DNA of 64,000 nucleotides from Oculina patagonica (Eukaryota): NCBI RefSeq assembly GCF_052425735.1, contig NC_135763.1, positions 33,170,001 to 33,234,000 of the forward strand, read 5' to 3'. Shown piece by piece: positions 50,901 to 64,000 of this stretch (position 1 is its first letter; each line of letters starts with the position of its first letter). The notes under the pieces were generated by a model. It saw only the letters and a program-made list of their open reading frames with translations, ran no database searches and was not told where the DNA came from. The position numbers and the translations under genes were made by a program.

Positions 50901-51397
50901 GCCTAGTTAATCCGATGTTTTTGAATGAGTTCAAAAAGTTCAGGACTGTATATCGTGGAACCTTACTGAGCTAGTGACGTATTTCCGGCTTCATTGAGCA
51001 TCATCTCTGATGGTCTCTTTCGCAGCAATTTTTTGGAATCACGTACCAGAAAACGGCTACGAAGGGACTCATTTTCTGATAGTATAAACTGATCTAGACG
51101 GAAACATTTCATACGCATAGGACCACAAATAATTGCCCAACCCTTAATAAAATCACTTATAGCATAGACTTGCCATGACCTCACAATATTCACCACATCC
51201 GGTCGTGGGCGAAATGTTGATGTAAGGGAACTGGGTCGAGTTTTATCCGCTGCCCACAGGAAACGCGACTCTTCTCGTTTCGAAGAAAATCAACAAACTG
51301 GATTTCTTATTCTGCGAACGAATTGAATAGTCAATCATTCTCGGATCTCGTTGGAAGGAATGCTTTCTCGAGAAGAGTAATTTAACCAAAAAGATAA

Positions 51398-54300
51398 ATG
51401 GAAGTCGGTTGTCGCGTAGTACGCGGTCCAGATTGGAAATGGGCGAATCAAGATGGCGGCGAAGGACATGTTGGAACGGTGGTTGTTGTCGGGCGAAGCG
51501 GCAGCGTGTCTTCCCCGGATAAAACTGTTGTTGTTCAGTGGGATGGCGGAACGAGGACAAACTACAGATGTGGATATCAAGGAGCATTCGATCTGTGTTT
51601 GCTTGATAATGGACCAGTTGGTAAGCTTATACTGATAATAATTACATTAGGAGCTTAAACATGTACAGACGCAAATTTGTGAAGTCCGGTAGTTATTTGA
51701 TGTTAGCGTGAGTGAAAATTAAATATCCGTGACAATTTAATGATACGATCGTTAAAAGTTAGGCTTGTACAAGGCTCGTTTTTAGCAGATGTTTTTCTAA
51801 ATATCTCGAAAGGTGCGAAAAAACGAAAATGCAGCGCTGAAAGGAAATCATATGTTTTACTCGAGCTGTTATGTAGCTTTACTGCTGATGACTAATTGCT
51901 CAAATGACTGGTCTTGCATCAGAGCTGTTTCATTTCTTTCACGAACCTTAGATCAGTGGAGTGGAACATACCAGTTTCAACGTTTCTTAGAAATCTACCC
52001 AGATTCGTGGTAAACCTTTATATGGAAAAGATTTTGAATGAATGTCATTTCAACTCATTGCCATGTGTGGCTTTGGTAAACAGTAGGCACTTGAGAAACC
52101 CTTGGGAATAATTGGACCTCATCTTAATTTCACTGTTGCTCCTATTCTAAGCGACAATTTGTGACGTTTATTTGCAGATATTTTTCAGCCTTTCTTAGAA
52201 GCCATCTTTGTCAATCTTTTGACATTTTATTTCACTTTTGACATGTTTACAATTGGATTATTAGACGACATCTTTTCAGAGTCTTATACAAATCACCTCT
52301 ACTAACTATGTACAAATGAATCAAATATTTCACATTTTACAAGATATAATCATTAATCAATTTCTCACAGCCAATCAGAATAAAGTTGTGTTCAGCCAAC
52401 CCTTCATATGAAATTATTTGGTTTCTGCAGCAATTACATGTACAAGTTACATGTCAATCAATTCTTTTTTGCTAATTATGTTTTCGCAAGGAAAGAATTT
52501 TTCCATAAAATTATATATAATTAATATTAATAAACTTGTTAGCTTCAAGACTTACCAATACCACACAGTCAGTTTCTGACTATAAATTGGTGGAGACTTT
52601 TACAAGCCCTGTCAAATATCCTCAGTAATAATTATTGCAAACAATCAGTTATAATTTATTGTCAAACTCGTATCATGTTCCGACTGACTTCTCCCCTCCC
52701 ACCCCTCCCCCCTCTCCTGGTATCCATCTAACATCAGGATTGTTCTTTTTCTCAGGTATAATACACACAAATGTGACCTGTAATGAGTGTAAGAAGCAAT
52801 CTATTGAAGGAATTCGCTGGGAATGTAGCGACTGTGTGAACTACAATTTGTGCAGCTCATGTTATATGAATGACAAACATCCATTAGATCATGGATTTAA
52901 CAGAATAGAAGCCCGTGGAAAACCAGGGTAAGTCAATATAGCCATAGTACTTATGTGCAACTTTTGCAGTGCTAGACCATAGAATAAGACTGTAACCCAT
53001 TATATCAATATAATTTGATAAGAAATGTTATGTTGACAAATGTTTTTTAAAGGAGCAATGTCACGGTATATGAAGTCATTTTTGTGATTCCTTTCAAACT
53101 GAAGAAAACTTAACATATTATATAGTTTTCTAACATAGAAAAACAACAAAGGACTGTAATAAAAAGGCGAAAATAACCAAGACTGGTTTTGACTGATAAA
53201 GGTTAAGACAAATTTTGAACGACAAATTTGAAAAACTTTGCCAATTTTTTTCAAAATGTTTGTTCCTGAAGTAGTTCCTTTAATGATCAAGTGGCTTGGT
53301 CAATGGAGAAAAAAATATCAAGTTCAGAAAAATGAGGTTTAAATCGAATAATCTGGCATAAGGCTCAACTATGCGTGTGAGATAAAATTAAATGTAAACC
53401 TAAAATACAGTTCTCTTGTTTAAGACTAAGGTAGCTGAGTTATGGTGAGTTTGTGGATTTACCATCAACTTTCCTCTGTACAACACCCCCTTCACTGATT
53501 TTAATTTTTGCATTTGTTGCAGGGTGTATGTCGGTAGAAGACTTGGTAAAACCAAAGTAGAGGCCAAAGGAATTTTTCGTGGTGCCCAGGTCATGCGAGG
53601 GCCAGACTGGGACTGGGATAACCAGGATGGAGGGGAAAGGAGCGTCGGTCAAGTTCTGGAAGTGAGAGGATGGGAGACAGAAAGCTTTCGAAGTGTAGCA
53701 TGTGTGATGTGGAAGCCTACAAGTACAAACGTGTACCGTGTTGGTCACAAGGGCAAGGTACATGTATGCTTAATAGAATAAACAAGCCAGTTGTTATTAA
53801 CCACGTCGCTGTCATACTATTACTGACAGAAGCAGTTTACGATACTTCACTGAGATCCTAAAATTTGGAATTCTCTCCCAGTATCCATCACTGGTTTAAC
53901 AAGCTTTTCTACTTGTAAGAAAAAAAGTACTGAATTTTTACTGATTAAATGATGCTGAATTGGTCTACTGAGCCGCACATTCACACCTTGATTGAAAATT
54001 AAATTGATAACCGAGGTGGCCTCCCCTATAAGCCTATAAAATTAAAAATATATTGATATTGGAGGTCTCCTTACCCTACTTTACTGTCAGTTAAAAATGT
54101 ATTAAAAATTAATAATTTTTAAGTAGCAAATAAAGTGATGATGATGATCAGTTAGGGAAGGGAGGCAAGGAGTAACAAAAAAGTATTTACCTTTCAGGTG
54201 GATTTGACATGTGTTGCTGATGGTTCTGGGGGATTCTACTACAAGAATCATTTACCAAAGCTTGGACAGAAACCTGAATCCCTTATTATTCTGTCAACAA

Positions 54301-57300
54301 GCAACCCAACATCAAGTTCAGCTGATGACACTGTACCATTTGAAGTTGGTGAAAGGGTGCGAGTGATATTAGATGTGGCTACTCTAAAGGATCTTCAGGA
54401 AGGTCATGGTGGATGGAACGATAAGATGGAAGAGGTATTCTGTGCTGACTGCTTTGCTAGAGTATTACAGCCAGATCCTTTTAAGGGATGGGTCTAAATA
54501 ATCTTTATTAATAATTGACTGTGCATGTACAGTACATGTATGTCTGCATTCTTGACTGATCATGACTGACTGACTTTAATATTGTATACCAACTGACTGT
54601 TGGACTTTCTACATGTACATGTAATTGACCAATTGAATGAGTTAACTACTAAATGCCAATATGTATGCTCATTAACTGATTGACTGACCAACTAATGTAC
54701 TGACTGACTGACTGACTGTCTTTCTGACCGACTGACTGACTGACTTTCTGACTGGCTGACTGACTTTCTGACTGGCTGACTGACTGACAAACTGACTGAC
54801 TATGCCCTTACACATACTGACAGACTGATGACTGAACATGCTTGAAGTCAAAATGTACTGTTTTTGTATTTATACCCTTCTTTCAATTTTGTTTAAAGGT
54901 TATTGGTCTTATGGGCACAGTTCATAGGATCACAGAGCGAGGTGATGTTCGAGTACAATACCCTGGCTTTGCCAACAGATGGACCTTTCATCCAGCCTCT
55001 CTTACAAAGGTAATGCAATAATATTATTTGTGGTACATGTACATGTAGGTGCAGCAATGCAGTTTCCTTAAACGGTTCCTTTTTCTCAGTGTTAGAGATT
55101 AACCCAATGTCCAACCTCCAAACAGGGGACCAGGTGAACCCATTAATCTGACCCAGGTTCTGAGTGTACTGTCTCAGTGGCTTGGTTGACCCTGCAAGGA
55201 GCTTATTAATTAAGTCCTTACAGACATAACTCTTAGGCATCATTACATCTCCACCGCGCTTTAAATGTGTCTTTCTGAAATGGGCAATACCGCTGGAAAT
55301 TGTAGTCTGAAGGCTTCATTTATTCCTTTGGGTATAAGTTTCGGTAGCTGCCGAAACTGTGTCGCACAACTTCGGTTTTATTCGTTTCTAAAAAGGTGAG
55401 ATATTTTGGAAGAAGCCGCCCGAGTGACTTCAAAAGACTGGAACAATAGCGCAATTAACCTACCTTGAGCGAATGGAGTTGTGAACGTATCCTTTTGTCG
55501 TTAAGTTTTGATTGAACTTCCGATAACCACTACAGACATTTTGCAGATTTAAGTCTTTCGCGATGTATTTTTCGCTTTTATATTTATTAAAAAATTAAGA
55601 GCTTGTTGAGAGCTTTAAAAAGAGATCTTGAACGAGCTATTTTGATCGTTGTAGATCGATTTACAGAGTTAATTATGCGTATCCAAATACTGACACATGT
55701 TGATAGCTCCCAAATCGCTTTTCATAGAGGATTTAAACTCTTCCTTCTGTTGCTGGTATTTAATTCAAAGCGTTTTTAGTGCAAATAAAACAGATTTTAA
55801 TCGAGGACAATTCTCTTTAGTCTATCTAATCTGAGTGATCACTTTGTTTTTAAAGTTTAGCGTTTTCGTCTATCCCGTGCCGTCTATGAAGTATGTATCC
55901 CGCAGAATAAAAAACAAACAATGGATTTGATTTGATTTTTTATTTGTCCGCGCAAAAATGCGGGTGAAACATTGATTTATAGTTTTGTGAACACAGAAAA
56001 CTCTTTAAGCGTTTAATTTTACTAGCCTTCCTTGCTTTGTTTGCATCAAAAATATTTTCATTCGGTAAAGAGAAAAAGAGAGCTTGCTTTGTTTATCTTT
56101 GCGGCCGTCCATTCGCTCTAAAACTTTTGCAGTTTTTAAGTAAATGAATTACATTTCCACGCATTGAAAGTGAATAGTGATAGAAAATAAAGCCAGTCAA
56201 GCAGATTCCCAGGAGATATTTTTCAATCTGTTAACAAAAGAAATGCTTCTCACCTACATCAAAGATGTTGCGCTTTTCACGATCTTCGGAAGCTTGCCGG
56301 CTTGTCGGCAAATACATCGGAATGAATAGGCAATGAGTTTAAACAATAGCTTGAATATATGAATGCTTAATAACCTCAAAATTTGAGGTACACATTCAAA
56401 GCGCTGTGAAGTTGTAATGTAAACTTGCACAGTCCACTCAACCAACAACAAGGTACATAATAATTGTAGGCCTATAATGCAGGGCAGTGATTAAATTTGG
56501 ATGATATTTTGACATCAGGTTGATGAGTTTCATGTTAACGACAAAGTGCGTGTCATGAAAGATAAAGAACTAGTCAAGAAACTTCAGGTTGGGCATGGAG
56601 AGTGGGCCAATGAAATGACTGTGCAAAGTATTTTGAATGACAAATTTGAAAAACAGTGAAGAATATTATTCTACATGACACGAGCGTGGGACAAAGAAAA
56701 AATCTGAGTCCCCGACGGGAATCAAACCCATGGCCCATGGCTCACAGCGAGTCTCACGTAGCTCAGTTGGTTAGAGCGCCCAACCGGTATCTGGGAGGCC
56801 ATGGGTTCGATTCCCGTCGGGGACTCAGATTTTTTCTCTGTCCCACGCTCGTGTCATGTAGAATAATATTCTTCACTATTTATCACCGAGCTTAAAATCT
56901 ACCATCTTTATTATTTACTACAAATTTGAAAATACATGTAGTTGCTAATTTTTTCAAAATGTATGTTTGTGAAGTAGTTCCTTTAATGATCAAGTGGCTT
57001 GGTCAATAGAGAAAAAAATAACAAGTTCAGAAAACTGAGGTTTAAATTGAATAATCTAGCATGAGGCTCAACTATGCATGCAAGATAAAGTTAAATGTAA
57101 AATCATAGGCGTACGAGGCGGGGGGCGAGGGGGGCTGCAGCCCCCCCAGTGCCGAAATTTTTCGGACAAAAATTAATGCTTAGAACTCGGGCAACAAGCC
57201 TAGAGAAAATATAGAAAATAAGCCGACAAATATCAACATTACGTTCAAAACGAATTACATCAACAGAAAAAGTAGTGGAAATATTCCGAACTTTTTGGTT

Positions 57301-58642
57301 CAAAAGCCTTAATTCTCATTCATCTGCTTTCGTTTCCTCTCGCAAATTGCTATGAACATGTTCGATTTTTCTCGCAATTCTGCGTGACCCGTCAGTTTAA
57401 TCATTTTGAAGTGAGTAGGAAATTGGTGAGGGCGACCAGAAGTTTGGATTTTCCATAGCTTAAGCGTATGCGTGCGGTGGATCCAGTGTAAGACCTTGAA
57501 ACAAAGCTGTTACAAATGTGATGAAGCTAATGCTTTTGACTCAAATGTTCTAAGGGCTAGCTCAAAATTTTCAACGTAATGTTTTAACCCATTTACCCTT
57601 GAATGCACGCGTTTGTATAACTTTCAAGTGGGGGGGGGGGGGGGGAACAATGTAAATTGGCTCCCCAAAAATACTTCCATTTTTGCTGAACAAGTGAAGA
57701 AATAAAATATTTCCCAAGAAAAAGGGCTCGGCATTGACATCTTCGCCATGAAATTATAAATTAAAGAACTATCACAAGTAGGCAAGGTTTGTACCTGACT
57801 ATTTCAATGCACGTTTTGTTGTCCATTTTATTTGTCTCTATATTCAGCTTTTAACGCATGTCATTATTTTTTTCGGGCAATAAGGTCTCCACCCCCCCCA
57901 GGTCCGAAGGTGCCCGTACGCCTATCTGTAAAATAATCTAAAACACAGTTCTCTTGATTAAGACTAAGGTAATTGAGCTATCGTGGCTTGTGGATTAACC
58001 ATCAACTTTCTCTGTACAACTTCCCCTCCAAGGAATTTTTTTGCATTATTTTGTTGCAGGGTATATGTTGGTAGAAGACTTGGAAAAACCAAAGTAGAGG
58101 CCAAAGGGATTTTTCGTGGTGCCCAGGTCATGCGAGGGCCAGACTGGGACTGGGACAACCAGGATGGAGGGGAAAGGAGTGTTGGTCAAGTTCTGGAAGT
58201 GAGAGGATGGGAGACGGAAAGTTTTCGAAGTGTAGCATGTGTAATGTGGAAGCCTACAAGTACAAACGTGTACCGTGTTGGTCACAAGGGCAAGGTACAT
58301 GTATGCTTAATAGAATAGAAAAGCCAGTTGTTATTGACCACGTCGCTGTCAAACTTTTACTGAAGCAGTTTACAATACTTCACTGAGATCCTAAAATTCT
58401 CTCCCAGTATCCATCACTGGTTTAACAAGCTTTCCTACAAGCTTTTACTGATTAAATGATACTGAATTGGTCTACTGAGCCGCACATTCACACCTTGATT
58501 GAAAATTAAATTGATAACCGAGGTGGCCTCCCCTATAAGCCTATAAAATTAAAAATATATTGATATTGGAGGTCTCCTTACCCTACTTTACTGTCAGTTA
58601 AAAATGTGTTAAAAATTAATAATTTTTAAGTAGCAAATAAAG

Positions 58643-58686
<44 letters not shown>

Positions 58687-61600
58687 GTAATGATGATGAT
58701 CAGTATGTGTGGTGTATGTAATACTGACCTAAAAGACTTTTAAGCCATAATAATTCGTTTGTAAAAAAAATATGTGTCAGTTAGAGAAGGGATGGCAAGG
58801 AGTAACAAAAAAGTATTTACCTTTCAGGTTGATTTGACATGTGTTGCTGATGGTTCTGGGGGATTCTACTACAAGAACCATTTACCAAAGCTTGGACAGA
58901 AACCTGAATCCCTGATTATTCCGTCAACAAGCAACCCAGCATCAAGTTCAGCTGATAACACTGTACCATTTGAAGTTGGTGAAAGGGTGCGAGTGATATT
59001 AGATGTGGCTACTCTAAAGGATCTACAGGAAGGTCATGGTGGATGGAATGATAAGATGGAAGAGGTATTTTGTGCTGACTGCTTTGCTAGAGTATTACAG
59101 CCAGATCCTTTAAAGGGATGGGTCTAAATAATCTTTATTAATAATTGACTGTGTATGTACAGTACATGTATGTCTGCATTCTTGACTGATCATGACTGAC
59201 TGACTTTAATATTGTATACCAACTGACTGTTGGACTTTCTACATGTACATGTAATTGACCAATTGAATGAGTTAACTACTAAATGCCAATATGTATGCTC
59301 ATTAACTGATTGACTGACCAACTAATGTACTGACTGACTGACTGACTGTCTTTCTGACCGACTGACTGACTGACTTTCTGACTGGCTGACTGACTTTCTG
59401 ACTGGCTGACTGACTGACAAACTGACTGACTATGCCCTTACACATACTGACAGACTGATGACTGAACATGCTTGAAGTCAAAATGTACTGTTTTTGTATT
59501 TATACCCTTCTTTCAATTTTGTTTAAAGGTTATTGGTCTTATGGGCACAGTTCATAGGATCACAGAGCGAGGTGATGTTCGAGTACAATACCCTGGCTTT
59601 GCCAACAGATGGACCTTTCATCCAGCCTCTCTTACAAAGGTAATGCAATAATATTATTTGTGGTACATGTACATGTAGGTGCAGCAATGCAGTTCCCTTA
59701 AACGGTTCCAGAGTTTTTCTCAGTGTGGGAGATTAACCCAATGCCCAACCTCCAAACAGGGGACCAGGTGAACTCATTAATCTGACCCAGGTTCTGAGTG
59801 TACTGTCTCAGTGGCTTGGTTGACCCTGCAAGGAGCTTATTAATTAAGTCTTTACAGACATAACTCTTAGGCATAAACTTGCACAGTCCACTCAACCAAC
59901 AACAAGGTACATAATAATTGTAGGCCTATAATGCAGGGCAGTGATTAAATTTGGATGATATTTTGACATCAGGTTGATGAGTTTCATGTTAACGACAAAG
60001 TGCGTGTCATGAAAGATAAAGAACTAGTCAAGAAACTTCAGGTTGGGCATGGAGAGTGGGCCAATGAAATGACTGTGGTGAGTAATAAAATATGTACAAA
60101 ATAAATAATACTATGGTATAGTCTGACTTATATTCACTGACGTGACTTTGGCTTCCTTTCTAATGTGTACTGACTTGATCCATACTTAATGATGAAGTAA
60201 CTCTCAGTGTGCTTTACCTTAACAGGCATTAGACAAAGTTGGTCAAGTCTTAAAGATTTACTCAGATGGCGACATTAGAGTAGCTGTAGCAGACCATGCA
60301 TGGACCTTTAACCCTGCAGTGCTTGTAAAGGAGGCATCTGCTGCTGCACCTTCAGGTCAACAGCAGCGGCAAACCACATTACAGCGTGGGGAGCTCCAAG
60401 GGATCTTACAGCCATCCCCTGCATCTACCTCATCTTCTGCATCGCAACGGCAGCAGCAGCATCCACAATCAACAGCAGAAGGACAAGGACGCTCGCAACA
60501 GTCACAAAGAGAAATAGGTACAATGTACATGTACATCAATAATTTTTGTTGTAAAATTTTTATTTAGTAATGTTCTTTTGAGCATGCAAAAGCAGAAAAA
60601 AATTTCAACTTTGTTTCATGAGGGTGGCACAGGGTTTAAATGCGTGACATGTGAAAATGGCAAAAATTAGACCGTGACGCATGAATAATTATAGCTAGAA
60701 AAGACACATGGTTCATGAATTTTGCTGTTTAAAGTATACATGGTGCAAGAATTTGGTTAAAATTTTTGTGTGAAATGGAATCACGCCCTCCCCCCCCCCC
60801 CCCCTTGCTACCCTCTTTTATGTCTCCAATAATCAATATTAATTTTTCGGTAGCATTTTTTTCTTTTCTGCTATGCTCTTTCTTGTTGTTCCAATCATTT
60901 ATTTTTATCTTATCCCTTAAACTTTTTGTTTGAAAGCTGAAATTGAAATGCTGACATTTTTCTTGTTTGTTTTCGTTGTAGACCAATCACTACGCTCCTT
61001 GTTAGATCACCTACGTATTAACAGTTCAAGTGACATTGGTTCAATGATAATCAGCGAAGCAGGACAAGGAAACTTGGCAAAACTAAAAGAACTGTTATGT
61101 GTTCATCCAGATAAGGTACATGTATTATACTGTGAATTGGTGAGGTCACTCTTCCTAGAGGCATTTATGAAACAAATCTTAACAATTGACGATTGTAAAG
61201 TAAGTGAAGCATCACGTTCAGTTTGTAGGGGTAAGATCCTTGGTAGTGGGAGGCTACAGTGAGGTTATAGAGTGATTTTTGAGTGACATAAAATCAAACC
61301 CTAAGTGAACACTCTGGTTAATCACAAGGGACACCTGTAGACAATCCAGTGAGCCAATCAAAACTGACTTGAGGCAAATACATGTAGCCAATATGAAGCA
61401 CAGAAACGTGCACCAACGAGTCATAGTTGGTTTTGGTTTTACTTCTGATTGGTCGAGAAAGTGGCCTGGATTTCAGTTTTAAACCAATCACTAAAATTAA
61501 TGTAGCAATGCAAAACCAAAGCAAACGTGAATTACTTTTTACACTCAAGTGAAAACTAGTCCTTCTACCCAGGAGAATGCTGATAAGGTGTGATTTTTTT

Positions 61601-62815
61601 TTTTTCTCAAACACTGCCTACTAATGTTCTAACGCACAAATATTGCCTTTAAAGGTGAACATTGTACGCTCAGATAAGACAGCCCTGCAGATTGCCAGCC
61701 ACCAAGGGTTCACTGGAGTTGTAGAGTATCTGGTTCAGTTGGGTGCAAATGTCAATTTACAGGTGAGTCTTACAAGTATGATCAACAACGGATTTCTCAT
61801 AACGTTGATACAGTACAATCAAACAGATCAGTAGGTCTTGAGAATTAGACAAATCAGTGAGCATCACTGGCCGTGAAATTTTGGCAAACTCTTCCAACAA
61901 GTAAATAGTTGGAGAGTGGTGAGACAAAATGACATTTTAAGGAAGTACAAACGTTGGTATAAAGAATATGAACATCTAAGCAAAGAGGGATAGTAAACCC
62001 TAATGTAATGTCATCAAAAAGTTGATCAAGGTATTTGTTATTCTAGGACACTGAAGGTGACACTGCACTTCATTATGCAGCATTTGGGTACGTGTTCTAG
62101 GTTAATATGATACAAAATAATTGTTAGACGATACAACTGTAGCTACATGTACTCCATTTTAACTCTGTTGTCAGTATTTAGTTGTTTAGATACTCAGTAG
62201 CAGCTATCTCCTGAAGAAAGTTGCACTATTTGTGAAAAACCTGTTTGGCTTGCTCTGTTTGTTAGATTACATGTATATGTCCACTGTATTTCGATTCTTT
62301 GTTTTAGTACTAAATTACAGTAGTTTTATTTCTTTGACATTTGTTATTTATTTTGCGTTGTCACTCCAGTGCATCTTTCTGAATTCTCGGGATCACAACT
62401 GCGAGACTAAAGTTGCGTCACTGTTCAAATAACGCAAGCAAATCAGAACATTGTTTCCTTTAATTTTATCGTTATTTAACAAGTTTGCTTGTAAGAAATT
62501 TACCGTCCGTTTATTTAATGTTGGTACCCCGCTCAAAACGTTTTGGAAATAACCAAGTACATGTACATGTACTTTGCCATTATAATTATGTCAGTCATAT
62601 TGTATTTAGCCTCTGAAGATTTCCTTCTGACTGTTTGTTTCACTGTTCTTTTGCTCAGAAATCAGCCTGGAACAGCTGCAGCTTTGTTGAAGGGAGGGGC
62701 GGATGGAAATCGGCTCAACAAGAACAAATGTTCTCCGTTGCATGTTGCCGTAAACAAAGGATACACAGATGTCGTCAAAACGTTTCTCAGCTTCTCTTGT
62801 AATGTCAACGCACAG
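51398..62815 (+). CDS. MIB2: E3 ubiquitin ligase mind bomb 2-like, 5' part (continues beyond the window)
   Basis: Exons 51398-51620 (MIB/HERC2 domain, [38 protein letters not shown]), 52756-52927 (ZZ finger), 53523-53757, 54198-54434, 54899-55009, 56519-56623; duplicate set 58060-58294, 58828-59064, 59529-59639, 59973-60077; then 60226-60517, 60982-61115, 61655-61762, 62047-62087, 62659-62815 (ankyrin repeats). The RTNYRxGYQG motif favours MIB2 over MIB1. Confidence 0.9.
55241..56419. mobile_element. TIR element with CATTAC...GTAATG (CACTA-like) termini
   Basis: About 30-bp imperfect TIR cattacatctccaccgcgctttaaatgtgt. The empty site tcttaggcataaacttgcac is present in copy 2 near 59865-59885. 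Confidence 0.8.
56653..56919 (+). mobile_element. tRNA-derived SINE with an inverted duplication of its 3' part
   Basis: A box tagctcagttgg and B box ggttcgattcc in head 56750-56825; arm 56655-56735 is the reverse complement of 56797-56877; 13-bp direct repeat acaaatttgaaaa at 56640-56652 and 56920-56932; empty site near 53222. Confidence 0.8.
57104..57926. mobile_element. Non-autonomous hAT-type element
   Basis: TIR cataggcgtacg / cgtacgcctatc with 8-bp TSD tgtaaaat at 57096-57103 and 57927-57934. Absent from copy 1 near 53393. Confidence 0.85.
58642..58700. repeat. (TGA)n microsatellite
   Basis: Direct reading; expanded relative to copy 1 near 54135. Confidence 0.9.
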
Positions 62816-62959
62816 GTCAGTGAGTTTTTCCAGGATGCTTTAATGTAAAAGTTTAATCAAATAAGCTCAAGTTGAAAGTCTGGCCATTTGCTTGTGCTCT
62901 TTAATTGCGAAGTTCAGATGAAAACAGCATGTACGTAACCTCTGCTAATGCACGCCTTT

Positions 62960-64000
62960 CATAAGCAGACTCTTAGTCATGGTCCCAGCCACATACAAAC
63001 ATCACATTTTTAACCTCCCATAAGCAGACACCTTTCCTAAGCGGACACTTAGTCATGGTCATACAAACACTACATTTTTAACCTCCCATAAGCAGACACC
63101 TTTCCTAAGCGGACACTTAGTCATGGTCATACAAACACTACATTTTTAACCTCCCATAAGTGGACACCTCTCCTAAGCCGGCGGACACTTAGTCATGGTC
63201 CCGGCCACATACAAACACTACATTCTTAACCTCCCATAAGCAGACACCTCTCCTTAGCGGACACTTAGTCATGGTCATACAAACACTACATTTTTAACCT
63301 CCCATAAGCGGACACCTCTCCTAAGTGGACACTTAGTCATGGTCCCGGCCACATACAAACACTACATTCTTAACCTCCCATAAGCAGACACCTCTCCTTA
63401 GCGGACACTTAGTCATGGTCCCAGTCACATACAAACACTACATTTTTAACCTCCCATAAGCAGACACCTCTCCTAAGTGGACACTTAGTCATGGTCATAC
63501 AAACACTACATTTTTAACCTTCCATAAGCGGACACCTCTCCTTAGCGGACACTTAGTCATGGTCCCAGCCACATACAAACACTACATTTTTAACCTTCCA
63601 TAAGCGGACACCTCTCCTTAGCGGACACTTAGTCATGGTCCCAGCCACGTACAAACACTACATTTTTAACCTCCCATAAGCAGACACCTCTCCTTAGCGG
63701 ACACTTAGTCATGGTCCCAGTCACATACAAACACTACATTTTTAACCTCCCATAAGCAGACACCTCTCCTTAGCGGACACTTAGTCATGGTCCCAGCCAC
63801 ATACAAACACTACATTTTTAACCTCCCATAAGCAGACACCTCTCCTTAGCGGACACTTAGTCATGGTCTCAGCCACATACAAACACTACATTTTTAACCT
63901 CCCATAAGCAGACACCTCTCCTTAGTGGACACTTAGTCATGGTCCCAGCCACATACAAACACTACATTTTTAACCTTCCATAAGCAGACACCTCTCCTAA
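62960..64000. repeat. Intronic minisatellite, ~77-bp unit with ~69-bp variants, about 14 copies, runs off the window
   Basis: Unit taacctcccataagcagacacctctccttagcggacacttagtcatggtc(ccagccac)atacaaacactacattttt. Confidence 0.95.

Larger units (their letters stand above)
53207..60077. repeat. Intragenic tandem duplication of MIB2 exons 3-6 (copy 1 ~53207-56623; copy 2 ~56624-60077)
   Basis: Near-identical exons and introns. At the junction, the exon 6 end (gaaatgactgtg) runs directly into intron-2-like sequence (ttttgaa.gacaaatttgaaaaac). Confidence 0.9.

Noticed and set aside
56750-56825. Functional tRNA gene
   Set aside because: Irregular anticodon arm, continues into a non-tRNA tail, has a TSD and an empty site in the duplicate copy, so it is a SINE head.
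62960-64000. CRISPR array
   Set aside because: Units are contiguous with no unique spacers, lie in a eukaryotic intron, and no cas genes are present.

Overview
AT-rich, intron-containing animal genomic DNA. The repeat families suggest a scleractinian coral or related anthozoan, but that is an inference. Main contents: (1) an old tandem duplication, unit A ~2.3-20.3 kb and unit B ~26.9-49.5 kb, each encoding a large spliced protein that joins kinesin-light-chain-type TPR-like repeats, a disordered/coiled-coil linker and a Pirh2/RCHY1-type CHY-CTCHY-RING-H2 module (A ~1451 aa, B ~1319 aa); (2) inside the intron that splits the RING of copy B, a head-to-head pair of intronless paralogous genes of unknown family (41855-42703 minus; 44220-45113 plus), of which only a deleted remnant survives in the same intron of copy A; (3) the 5' part of a mind bomb 2 (MIB2) E3 ligase gene from 51398 with an internal, frame-incompatible duplication of exons 3-6; (4) many non-autonomous transposons (TTAA/Kolobok-type, hAT, Tc1/pogo, Harbinger-type, foldback), a tRNA-derived SINE, a LINE remnant, Penelope-type minimal hammerhead motifs and a minisatellite. 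The best candidate for an undescribed system is the nested divergent gene pair together with its TPR-CHY-RING host. All exon calls are manual (GT-AG sites, frame continuity, paralog agreement); no searches were run.
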